Assembly (NCBI RefSeq): GCF_046119375.1 | Contig: NW_027362772.1 | Location: 78,864,001-78,928,000 of the forward strand | From: Phyllobates terribilis | Lineage: Eukaryota | Direction of reading: 5' to 3' | Length of the DNA: 64,000 bases | Part shown: one piece after another, positions 40,201 through 50,679 of the stretch | Position numbering within the stretch: position 1 is the first letter of the stretch | Layout: every line of letters starts with the position of its first letter | The notes under the pieces: model-generated | Database searches by the model: none | What the model was told of the DNA's origin: nothing | What the model saw: only the letters and a program-made list of their open reading frames with translations | Position numbers and translations under genes: made by a program

Positions 40201-42466
40201 CTGAAAGCTGCTTACTCTGCACTGACATTTTAGAACGTCAGTGCAGAGTTAAGGGAGGAGCATCCAGATTTCCATGGGGAGTCTGGCTGTGACTGACAGC
40301 CAGCTCCTTGCTCCCCCGCATAATCTCCTGAAAGTTGCTTACTCTGCACTTACATTTTAGAACGTCAGAGCAGAGTTAAGTGAGGACCGCTCAGATGTCC
40401 ATGGGGAGTCTGGCTGTGACTGACAGCCAGCTCCTTGCTTTCCCGCATAATCTCCTGAAAGTTGCTTACTCTGCACTGACAGACTTGGTAAAACTGGATT
40501 TCTTCTTTTCTAGGTGGACTCAAATCACGATCGCTTGGTGACGCTGGAAGAGTTCCTGAAATCTACAGAGAGGAAAGAGTTTAATGAGGCCGGAGGATGG
40601 GAGGTGAGGATGTAAATCGAGGGGCTCCAGACATTGATGGTAAATCCCAAGGAGAGGCCAACAAGGTGTCTGGTTTAGGAAGAGGAACTGAGATGAGGGG
40701 TGGACTGAAATGGGTAATGAAAGGAGAAAATTACTGAAACACAAACGAGATGTGACATACTGTATTGTACTCTACTGTACTCCGTGAGTCACATAATAGT
40801 CCATCAGTGAGCTCATTCTGATGAGGCGTTTTGTCACTCTTTGAACCCAGCTTTTTCTGAGCGGATTTATGATTACCGACCGCATCAAAGTTAAGCTGAA
40901 CTTTGATTTGGTCATAAATGAGCTGATTAGAGCTCAGAACATAACAGGTAAGAGTTAGAAACTCCCATCACAAGAGGCTCGCTGATGGATTCTCCGTTAA
41001 CTCAGGAAAAAAAAAAAAGCAAAGCAAAAGTTTGAATGAAACCTTTTTGCAAAAATTGTTAAACCCCAAATGCGTGCAATTACTAAAAAAGAATGGTGAT
41101 AAATATGGTATGTACAGCAATGCCGGGTTATCTAAGAATCTGCACAGGATTCACGTTGGTATATGGACGCTCACTCCCTTAATGACGGTGGAGATTTCAC
41201 CAGTATCCAGACCAGACTGTCCCTATAAGAGCATCGCATAGGTTGCACCGCCGACCGTTTTCTTTCTTTTTTTTTTCTTAGACTGTGGACGAGTCCCAAA
41301 TTTACACAGAAGATGAGCTGCGCAGGTTTGAGCAGGAGCTCGCCACCCAAGAAGCCGCCTTAATTCAGCGAGCGGAGGAGTTACGGAAAGAGCATGAAGT
41401 CCTACAGCAGAGGCAGATCGAGCTGGACGCTCAGAAGAAGGAGTACCAGCAGGTACGTAACGAGGTGGGCATCCAGCACCAGAAAGACCACCAAGATGAA
41501 GTCTAATGATGGGGGAGGGGGACTAAGACGTCTGATAGCGGTAGGATAACCTGGTTGTAGGTGACCGTACACAATTAAGAATCCCCACCTTTCTTTTAAG
41601 GCTTTGATCCAGATGGAGCAAAAGAAGTCGCAGCAGGCCGAAGCCCCCGGAGTGCCCGCCGCTGGACCCAACGGGGAACTGAAGTTCCAGCCTCAAGTAC
41701 CAGAAGGAGCCATCATACAAGGTATATAGTTACATGGCAGGACCAAAATATCGCAAAGACCCCCCCTCCCTAGTTTATTATTGAGATCCAATAAACTAAA
41801 ACCACTGGCGCTAACTGAGAGAACCTTACACGTTCCGGACCACCACAGGGTTAATATAAAAAATAAACTAGGCTATAATATAGGTATAATATCCCAAAGA
41901 TCAATTCACGATGACCTCAATAGATGTTGATGTACTAAATCCTAAAACTGGTAGTCCAGACACAACAACACTGCTGGACCTGGGGAGGGTGAATAAAGCA
42001 CAATTTATTTATGTTTATTACATGAGCCTCCAAGAGAATAAACCCCTTTTACTCAATGTAATTTGCCACCTCTCCAGTGTTGATGAATCGCCCCCATGTT
42101 TTTTTTAAGGCTTGTAAAAAATGTATTACATGTTTGTTTTTTTTATAAGCTGTTTTTTTCCCCTTTTTTTATTCCTATAGTGTTTAAGGAAATAAAAAAA
42201 ATGATTGGGCTTGTTGAATATCAGCATGCCCAGTCCTATGACACATAAGTGTCCGGCAGCACTTTAAAATCATGGGGGGTGGGTCGGTGTGCTACCTTTT
42301 GTCATATGTAATGAATACACGCATCATTCTCACCATTGTGTTAATAGATAAACCAGAAGAAGCCCACCAGGTGTCAGACATTCATCCACAACCTCCAGGA
42401 GATGTGGCCCACCCAGACACGAAAGATTCAGCGCCTTCCCAGGAACATCAGGTTCAGCAAGTCTAA
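31366..42466 (+). CDS. NUCB1: Nucleobindin-1 (calnuc), 12 coding exons, 460 aa, signal peptide + two EF-hands + coiled coil
   Basis: GT-AG exons read by hand: 31366-31473, 33178-33285, 35232-35364, 35613-35716, 38213-38398, 38524-38614, 38772-38830, 39358-39450, 40514-40603, 41282-41452, 41601-41721, 42348-42466. The sum is 1383 nt, in frame. Translation: [97 protein letters not shown]; EF-hands [12 protein letters not shown] and [28 protein letters not shown] residues are NUCB1-type rather than NUCB2-type. Confidence 0.97.
32255..32592. mobile_element. Tc1-derived MITE (long hairpin) in NUCB1 intron 2
   Basis: TA|CAGTTGTGCTCAAAAGTTTACATACC ... GGTATGTAAACTTTTGAGCACAACTG|TA; ~140-bp inverted arms. 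Confidence 0.9.
34164..34220. repeat. (TA)n microsatellite
   Basis: Direct reading. Confidence 0.95.
36407..38073. repeat. ~39-bp minisatellite in NUCB1 intron 5 with a duplicated unique tail
   Basis: Unit CACAGAGCTCACATCCAGCCTATATTACTGGGAGAGACA (shorter variants present); an 80-bp non-repeat tail occurs at 37511 and 37994. Confidence 0.95.
40160..40480. repeat. ~123-bp tandem repeat x3 in NUCB1 intron 9
   Basis: CTGGCTGTGACTGACAGCCAG recurs at ~40163, 40284 and 40410; partial copy at ~39615. Confidence 0.85.
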
Positions 42467-43410
42467 CAGTAGAAAGCTAAAGAGACCCAAGGGCGGGGGA
42501 AATGCGGCAGGGACACACGGATCGGTCACCTCCACCTTGGAGGTCTCCACTCTGTACCCCTCTGTTCTCCTGAATTTCAAAGTAAAAGGGATGTGCAATC
42601 GACCTCGGGGTAAATCTCTCACATTGGGAATCGGGCTTCTTGTTTTCAAAAAACAAACTTTTAAAAAGAAACAAAAAAAAGTAAGGAAAGACTGTGGGGC
42701 GTTAGGTGGGTCGTACCCTGGAGAAGCACCTTTTTCATCATGGCAGAGGATGCCACCCATATATGTACAGTATATATATATATATATATTGGATCGGGGG
42801 GTGTAGATACATTGTGTCTCTGACTATCCGGAGTATATAATGTATCCAGCATCTCTAGTAAAGATGTAGTCATCCCCATCTGTTACTTGTGTCTTGTGGG
42901 ACATGATGGGGTGAACCCGCAAGCAGTTGCCCCCCATCTTCCTACTTCCTCAATGAATGAGCACCCTTTAAAGTAAACATTGACCCGCTGTGGCTGGTGG
43001 TCTATTAATCTTTTGCCTTTTCCTGAGAGTCAGTATCGGGTATTCCCCCCCCCCCCAGTCCTTAGATGCAGTAGGGACCAGGTAAGCACCCTCCAATGAA
43101 TCCCCTTGTGTCGAGTCCCAGTACTCCTCCTCGCTTTATATAGGTACCGATATATCAATAGTCAGTGCTGCAGACTTCTTTGTTGCAACGTGTTTCGGGC
43201 TGCTCACGCCAATCCAGCCTGAAACATGGTGCCGAAAAGACGCCTCTTAGAAACGTAATTCTATGTCCTTTCTCCACTGACAGCCAGCGGCAGTATACAC
43301 CCCTAGTGGTTTTTGTTTTCTAGCACATATATCTCCGACAGTGCAGGACCACCAGCGAATGGTCTCTGGCCGCAGCCATCGTACAAATGCCTAATATGTC
43401 ACAGCTCTTA

Positions 43411-43742
43411 GGGGAGTGTTCACATGTGGTTGTGAAACTCCGTTGTGTATTTGCGCTGCAGAATACTTTTGGCTATAAAGAATGAACATCTTACACTACT
43501 TTTAACTGCTTTGCACTTTCCAAACCCTGAAATGGTTAAAAATAGTAAAAAAAAAAAAAAAAAGTGCACAGCAATGTTTTTACAATGCTGCGTTCTTCGT
43601 TTTTATTACATGCATTGGATTCCTGCTTCTAAACAGTCTTTGGACGTTATTTATTTGGAACATCCGATAAAACCATGATTTTTATTGCATTTTTGGAAAA
43701 TTGCAGCAGAAATAAGAGTATAAGGAACATGTGAACACGACC
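43411..43742. mobile_element. Harbinger-type MITE in the predicted NUCB1 3' UTR
   Basis: TTA|GGGGAGTGTTCACATGT ... ACATGTGAACACGACC|TTA. Confidence 0.75.
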
Positions 43743-43940
43743 TTACAGTGAATGGAGCTAAGCTAGACGCAATGATAAACTATCTCCATCTGAAGTTATA
43801 GAGAAGGATAAAATTGAGATTACGGGATATTTCCTCCAGGTTCAGCGCAGGCAGTAACTTTTCAGACGAGAAATGTGCAGTTTATGAATTCATGTAATAG
43901 GCTTTTATCTTAATCATTTTAAGGAACTTTATTTTCACTC

Positions 43941-43946
43941 AATAAA
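43941..43946 (+). terminator. Probable NUCB1 poly(A) signal
   Basis: AATAAA about 1.5 kb after the stop, preceded by U-rich sequence; first convincing hexamer after the CDS. Confidence 0.55.
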
Positions 43947-46521
43947 AGTGTTGGAGAGGTCCGTGCTCTTATCGTGGGAGTGATTTACATGTCCTTACAT
44001 ATTGCAGGGTCTTGTGTAGAAGAGGGAATGTCTGTAGGTACAGATATATATACACACACCAGTTGTCACCTTGCTTCTGCCCTCCAGGAGTTGCATTCAA
44101 CCACCATAATCATATACACATCCATTAAAGGGAGATTCCTAGTAGGAGGTAAAAAGCATTGCTGATAACTTGATATTGCACACCAGTTCTACTAATCCCA
44201 GAATGACACATTCAAGAGGCAGCAGATGTGATGTCAGAAGAACATCTCCGTGCTGCTATGAGGGGTGGTTGATAACCCCATTATGGTTCCTCTCTACATG
44301 ATTATAAAGTCCTATCTACCAGCCCAGCCTGTGCCATAAGGACACTCCTCTTTGTATCTGAGAAATACATCAGATGTAGCCAAAAAGCAAAAAATGAATT
44401 TATATGGTAAAAAAAAAAAATTCTAGTATTCACCCAATAACTGCATAGAGGAGTCATTGTCTTCTGTCATAAGCAAATCCTCAGATACGAGAAGAATGCA
44501 CAAGTATAAGGCACCCCGGGCGTGGTTTCCATTCACTGACAGCAAGCATAAAACAATGACACCTGATTTAAGCAATAGCTGTTAATTTACTGTTGATGCC
44601 ACACTTTGCAATAACCTCAGTCTTTCTATTGATATCAGACTGCACAGTAACCTTTGTCTTGGTGACATTACTGATCCAGGTGTACAGTCATTCTGGTAAG
44701 AAAATGTGATAGCTCAGCCGCTTTGAAGTCCAAGGCTCGGAAGCCGGTAGTGCCGCAGGGGAAATATGATCAGAGAAAAAAAATCCAGGGTCTAGGACAT
44801 ACATGTATAACTCTGGCCCATGACACTAGAACCGCCAACCCCTATGTGGTGCCCATCATTCTGTATGGAGGACCAGGTGGTGCCCATCATTCTGAGAACA
44901 TTCAGGACCTAAGAAAAACAAAATTAGCAAATAAGTTATTTGCTCATTTTGTTCTGTGTTATATGGCCAGTGTGAACATACACCTACATATTGCACTTAT
45001 ACTAACATGCGCCTGTCGTTTCAGTTTTGGACTGGGAACAGATTAGTTTATATAATTTTTCATTGGTCTCTTCTGCCCCAGTAGCCTGCCTGATATTCAT
45101 GAACCATTAGCAGACATGCAGCCAATCTGACCTATATGAATCGCCTGGGGCAGGGCGCTGGCCTCGGGGCCACTGAATGCTGCAGACAGGAGCCGCAGTT
45201 ACACTTTGCAGAGCCACCAATTCAGTACTCGCTTTAATTGTACACCATTACACCCCTTCAAGTAGTATACCAAGCCCTTAGTCGTGTAGAGGGTGCACCA
45301 AAGCCGCATCTGCATATTACTTTTATGCAAACTAAACCAGACATTTATAGGGGCAATGACCTTATATACCTGTGTAAGTGGTTTAGGTGATCTTTTTGGA
45401 GACTCCCTTTAACAGCACAGTTCCTGCAGAGAAACCTTACTCGATCTCTGCACCACTTACCCTGCACCCAGGCCATCACTAAGCAGTTAGAGCCTGCACC
45501 CAGTCATTCCCACGTGACAGGCCGGTATATCCCAGGTTGACAATGTACCGCACCTCATCCCTCTTCCTCAGGAGCTCAGTGCTGCAATCACCAAGCCCCT
45601 GAGGAAGCACCATATATAGCGCTAAACGCCGGATTGGATGTCTCAGCCCGACACTCAGGAACTGCAGCACCAACCCCGACGGCCATCTGTGGTGTATAAG
45701 CCTTTAACTAGTAATAGACATGACTTTTTGAAAGCATAAAAACCCTGACAAACCATATCAGAGTGGAGAAGAAAGTCAGAAATTGCCTTGATCTCCCAAA
45801 GGACAGACCATAATAAATCACCATAAAATCGGCAACAAGATAAAGAAATAATATTTATTTATAAAAGAATATTTAACACTTAAAATAATCAACAAGTTAA
45901 ATAAAACGGTGCAAACCTTCCTAACCAAAGGGGCGCAACTAATCATAAATATCCCCACTAGGGGGCACTGCAAACAATCATTGCTACATGGGGCTTATAC
46001 AAATAGATTAGAGATTATACATTGGGGGAGGGAATGGTTTAGTTTTTGGGGAGTAGAAAAATTGCAAACTTTGGTGCAGGACAACTTCTTTGGAAACTTG
46101 GAGTGGACAGTCTGAGATGTACTACTGATCCCAGGAATTGGAGTATTAGTGCAAATCTTCATCTGCTTGGAGTAGCCAACGATCCCAAGATTAAGGCACT
46201 TTTTTTATGAAAGTTCAGTGCACATTACAGCAACGCCCATGTAACTCCGGGTAGGGTGAGGTAGATGCAGACAAGGCCGCTCCCTGAGCTACTTGGCTAG
46301 TAATAGTCGGGTTTTTTTTTTTGCATTGTATTAGGATATGAATCAGTAATTGGGAACATTTTGGCACATATGTAAAGTAAAAAAACTTTAAAAACTACTG
46401 AAATAAAAGTCTTTCAAATAATACTGTCAGAACTAAACTTCCCACCTGGACCCAGTGCAAAGTATAAGATTACTACAAGTGAGTGCAAAAGAATAGAAAA
46501 CCCAAAATCAGGCACAAGAGT

Positions 46522-46749
46522 CTACATGTCCGCAACTGGATACGTGGTATTAGCATATAATCCAGCCCAGATGTTCTCTCTGTGATGAGGGTCCAGACAG
46601 AAGCCAATGGCGGCCTCCGTCTCGGCGATCCGTCTCTGGAAGCGGCTGCGGTCTCGGGCGTACATTTCCCATGGTCCTTTCCGGGCCATTCTGTGAGCAA
46701 AGCTCCAGGTAACGATGGGGTGGACTGTGACTTTGGATGAGAAGCGCAC
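46522..46749 (-). CDS. PPP1R15A: PPP1R15A last coding exon: PP1/eIF2alpha/actin-binding core (ICP34.5-like domain)
   Basis: Acceptor tttcag|GTG CGC TTC; spliced product reads KK|[42 protein letters not shown]. The RVxF, GPWE and ARDRSRF motifs are GADD34-type; NUCB1 is also a near neighbour of PPP1R15A in human. Confidence 0.95.
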   Translation of the reverse strand: MRFSSKVTVHPIVTWSFAHRMARKGPWEMYARDRSRFQRRIAETEAAIGFCLDPHHRENIWAGLYANTTYPVADM

Positions 46750-47649
46750 CTGAAATAGACAGGGTTAAATATAAGACAACTTGTACAATAAAGCTTAATT
46801 ATATCGGTGAGTCTATACATAGCAAGTCTGTGACTCCCCAGGGAGGAAAGGCCACACCATGAGATAATGAGCTACGTCAGATGACATGGCAGTCACGTGG
46901 CTGTCACTGACAGTCACAGTGACTGTCTAATCCCTGACTTCCTGTGAGAGCGTTCTTCTCCCATAGATCACCTGATTGTTTCAGGAGATGGCATCACGCC
47001 TCACAGGAGACCTTATGCAACGACATGAAATGTTAGATCTCAGTGTTGACCAAGAAAAGTCCCCAGGTAGAAATTAAGAATTTCCTCCCAGACTTACCCT
47101 AATTATCTCACGGCAAAGGCCCCAAGGGACTCTGAATATAGTATATTTTTGGCTACCATCTTTCCTGCAAGCAAAGAGGGTCTCCTTACTCAAGCTCAAG
47201 GGTTTGTCACTCATTTGGATGTACACAATTTACTGTAAAGCCCACCTTCTATTTTCTGGTGTGTATGGGGGACCTCAAGGGTGGGATGGGAAGAGAAGTT
47301 CCAGCCATGTTGAATTTTAGTACCTGATCCTTTCATCTGATGGCAATAAGTTGCCGCCAGAGGTGAGGAATACTTGTAGGCTCAGATTTACTTGGGTGGG
47401 AGAGCTTGTAGTCACATGGCTACACAGCCTGCCCAGCCTCTTTATAGGGTCATGAGAGGACTACCATTCCTGCCCAATGAAACCATCGGTGGCCAGCTTG
47501 GGTACACATTAAGGTGCTTAAATACCCCTCATTCTTAATGAATCACCCACTCCCCCACAAAGATGCTCAAATTTGGCTAATAAATGTGTAAAAAAGGCAA
47601 AGCAAGACTCTCCAACTGTATCACACTCATACTGTATCTTATCACTTAC

Positions 47650-48732
47650 TTTCTTGGTGCAGTGGTCGGCTTTGTCTGTGGCCTTCTCCTTGGGCAGCGT
47701 GCACTTGTGAGTAGACCTGTATCCAGACAGCACTGGCTTCTTATACAACTTATTCTTCAGTTTTGGCTTTTCGGTAACAGTCCCACATTCCATTTTGACA
47801 TCACAACATTCCGTAGCATCCAAAATCTGCTGCGTTTTGCGACTTTCGATGGAGACCTTCTTTGGCTGCTTGGGACCTTTTGTGGGCATGGCAAAAGAAA
47901 GCGGATTATACGGATCATCAGTGCGACAGAAGGATGCCCACAAGTCGTCGTTGTCTTCATGGGATGAATTACTCTCTTCATCCCAAGAGTCCTCATCAGA
48001 CCAATCACTTCCCTCTCCGAGGACCTCATCACACTGGGACCCTGGAGTCCAGGACTCCTGCATACCACTGTCCATAGACACCTCTTCTTGGGAGAAGTCT
48101 AAAGCTTTAACACTGTCCACTTCAGACTCCTCAGAGGAGTCCATCTCCTCCGTTGGCACACAGATCATGGACATGATGATTGGGTTGGTACAAGATGTTA
48201 GAAGAACCTCTTGCTTTAGCATCTCCTCACATCCACTGTCCACTTCCATCTTAGTGATATCTCCTACAGTCTCCATCGTTAGACTGCATATCTCCCCATC
48301 CATCATTTTCTCTGGCTCCATCTGACCTTCCCAGTGACACTTTATAGTGACCATATTCATTGGCTGCTCACTCTTAGACATGACCACCCTCCTCTTGTAA
48401 AGGTACACGCTCAGTAGTGGTAACAGAACGTCCAGAACACTCCAGCACACCACCACGACGGCACGCAAGGCCTTGCTCATGAAGATACGAGGTAGCATCG
48501 TCCAATACAAGGTACGTTTCTGCAGGAAGTTCTTGCCCAAAGAAATAATGGTCTGTAAGATCCTGGCGGCCATTGTGACTATAACCACGTCTGTGCCAAA
48601 GTCAGTGAGGACAACCGGCAACTGCAGATGATCTTTCAGAACGTCAAACTGGGAAGAGGTGCCTCTATGCCAGCAGGTTGGAGAAGTCCAGTTTTTCCAG
48701 TATACGCAAAAGTTGAGATGGTCCAGTCCCAT
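47650..48732 (-). CDS. PPP1R15A: PPP1R15A (GADD34) main coding exon (361 codons)
   Basis: Acceptor ttttagtattttacag|a-ATG (exon starts 48733). Open to donor AAA|GTAAGT at 47650/47649. Hydrophobic N-terminal region, acidic region and LWASFCRTDDPYNPLSF motif. A second, strong-Kozak ATG lies at 48573. Confidence 0.88.
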
Positions 48733-50049
48733 TCTGTAAAATACTAAAAAAATAGGCACGTTAGACTGTAGAATTAGAAAAGGGTCATAATCAATGAATA
48801 GATCGGTAGGACACACGACAACCCCACATGCTTAATGGCACACGTACTACTGCTCAATTCATGAAACAGTCATGGGGGGGGGGGTTTCAAGGATTGGACC
48901 CCATCGATTTGGTGGTTCAACTCCAATCCCACAAGACAAAAGCCTTTAAATATAATTTAGCGTTGTACTTAGGACTTCACAATGGTCACAACCAATATCC
49001 CACACGTCACTTTTTGGAGGAGTGGGTTGAGACAACCAGTACAGTGTAATCCCCAGATCAGAAATAGCTGATTCTCGTCCTTCAGTTTAAAGGGGTTGTC
49101 TCCTTTTAGAAACTCAATCTAAACACAAACTACTTCACTCACCCTACCTGAGACCACTGGCAAGTCTCTGCAGCATTGACATCACATCAACAGCGCTGCA
49201 GCCAATCACTGATCTGAGCAGGGCACTCCTTATACAGGCAGAGCTGCGACATGACATCAGACTGGGAATAGCAGTGGAGACTCATCAATACGAGCAAGGA
49301 TATTTCTTTAGATAAACTGCACTCAAGAGATTGCCTGTAATCCAGAAAATGCCAGTCTAATGGGTTGTGAGTGATTGAACATTAGTGCTGGGTCAGAGGA
49401 AATACCAGCTCAGCAATCATGTGTGCTGTGGTGCATTGTTCAAGTTATCACAACTATTGCACAATACAACCTGGACTACACCCGTGCTGCATGTGTCAGT
49501 CACATGGGACCTCATCAACCCTGAGAAGTCACCAGACATCCCATTCACTTCTGTTGTACAGAGGGGAGCGGTCAGTCACATCACCCAGATCTGGGTGAAG
49601 TTTCGCTATGAAACAGCTTCATCAGGGGGTCTCCAGTAGGAACAAGTTATCTTCAATCCACAGGAGCCCCATAAGGTTGATCATACTGCAGTCATTCTCT
49701 AAGGGGGCTACTGGGAAAAAAAAGCCAAGCACAGCAGCCCCATAGGGAATAAATGGAGCAGCAATGAAGTGTGGGCACTGCCAGGTATCAAGGGGCCATA
49801 GTCTGAAAAATCAGTGCAGGTCTCGGCAGTGGGGTCGTCATGGAGAAGGGGGTAACTTATTCGGGACCCATTTAAAAGGATATAAGCAACACCACTCCCC
49901 CCCAATCCCTGACAATGAATGAACTCACATCAGCCCCATAGAGAGGACAGTAAACATTTACTACATAGATACATTTGGATCAACCCCAGAAACGTAAAAA
50001 GTCATATCCAGTCAGTACTAGAAGTAGCAGCAATACCTCGCATACATAC

Positions 50050-50304
50050 CAGGGGGCGCTATCAGCCTGTGACCACGGCGCTCCAGCAGAAGTTAGCTAC
50101 GGTCTCCTGGGCGGGCGGCTCCTGGATATTCCGGTGGAGGCTGAGGGAGGCGGCGGGTCGCACTTCAGCTCTTCCGACTTGTCTCTTGGTCAGGACACAG
50201 CACATTGGGGAGAGACGGCGACTTGTGTGCGGAGAACAGCTATCGGTACCGGCCATACCTAGTCATTGGGATCTGTTATCGTTGTATTTGTAGGTAGAGT
50301 AAAA
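50050..50304 (-). other. PPP1R15A: Probable PPP1R15A exon 1 (5' leader with uORFs)
   Basis: Starts about 25-30 nt after TATATAAA (50336-50329) at an Inr/YY1-like CGCCATTTT; ends at donor CTG|GTATGT (50050/50049). An extra exon between 50049 and 48733 cannot be excluded. Confidence 0.7.
50062..50266 (-). promoter_or_regulatory. Upstream ORFs of PPP1R15A: uORF1 50266-50240 (MTRYGRYR*), uORF2 50256-50062 (64 aa, internal in-frame ATG at 50205)
   Basis: ATGs and stops read directly; mammalian GADD34 is known to be translationally controlled by uORFs. Confidence 0.7.
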
Positions 50305-50328
50305 TGGCGAAAGCGCTCCGGAGAGTGG

Positions 50329-50650
50329 TTTATATAGGATTCTGAACGGACCAATGAGAGAGCAGAAGGCGTGGCCGTCGGAAAATTACGTGACGTACGG
50401 CTCGTAGTTCAATAATGTGGGGAGAGAGCGTGTTACCAAGGGGACGGGGCGGAGCCGGAAACATCACGTGCTAAATATAGTAACGGTGACGTCAGGAGAG
50501 TCCAGAAATGATGGGAAATACTGGAAACTGTGTGATATCCAGGGGAAAGAGACGAGGAAATAACGTCGGGAAAGCCGAGGTGTCGCTTTACGGTCGTGCA
50601 ACGACTGGTATCAGTCACAGTGAGGAGGAAAACCCTCCATGTGTGACGTG
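50329..50650 (-). promoter_or_regulatory. PPP1R15A promoter: TATA, CCAAT, CRE/ATF sites, E-box
   Basis: TATATAAA 50336-50329; CCAAT 50351-50355; TTACGTGACGTA 50386-50397; CACGTG 50465-50470; perfect CRE TGACGTCA 50487-50494; TGACGTG 50644-50650. Confidence 0.8.
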
Positions 50651-50679
50651 TGGAGAGCAGCTATTATAGCCCGTGTCTC

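Noticed and set aside
43180-43225. GAAAC..CGTT hammerhead-like fragment (- strand)
   Set aside because: CUGANGA half of the core is missing.
44803-44908. Exon-like - strand segment with a strong acceptor between the two genes
   Set aside because: No recognisable peptide or partner exons; contains a short direct duplication; could be a cryptic signal.
47518-48816. 432-aa ORF taken as the complete GADD34 protein
   Set aside because: Both ends are intronic read-through: the true exon is bounded by the acceptor at 48733 and the donor at 47650.
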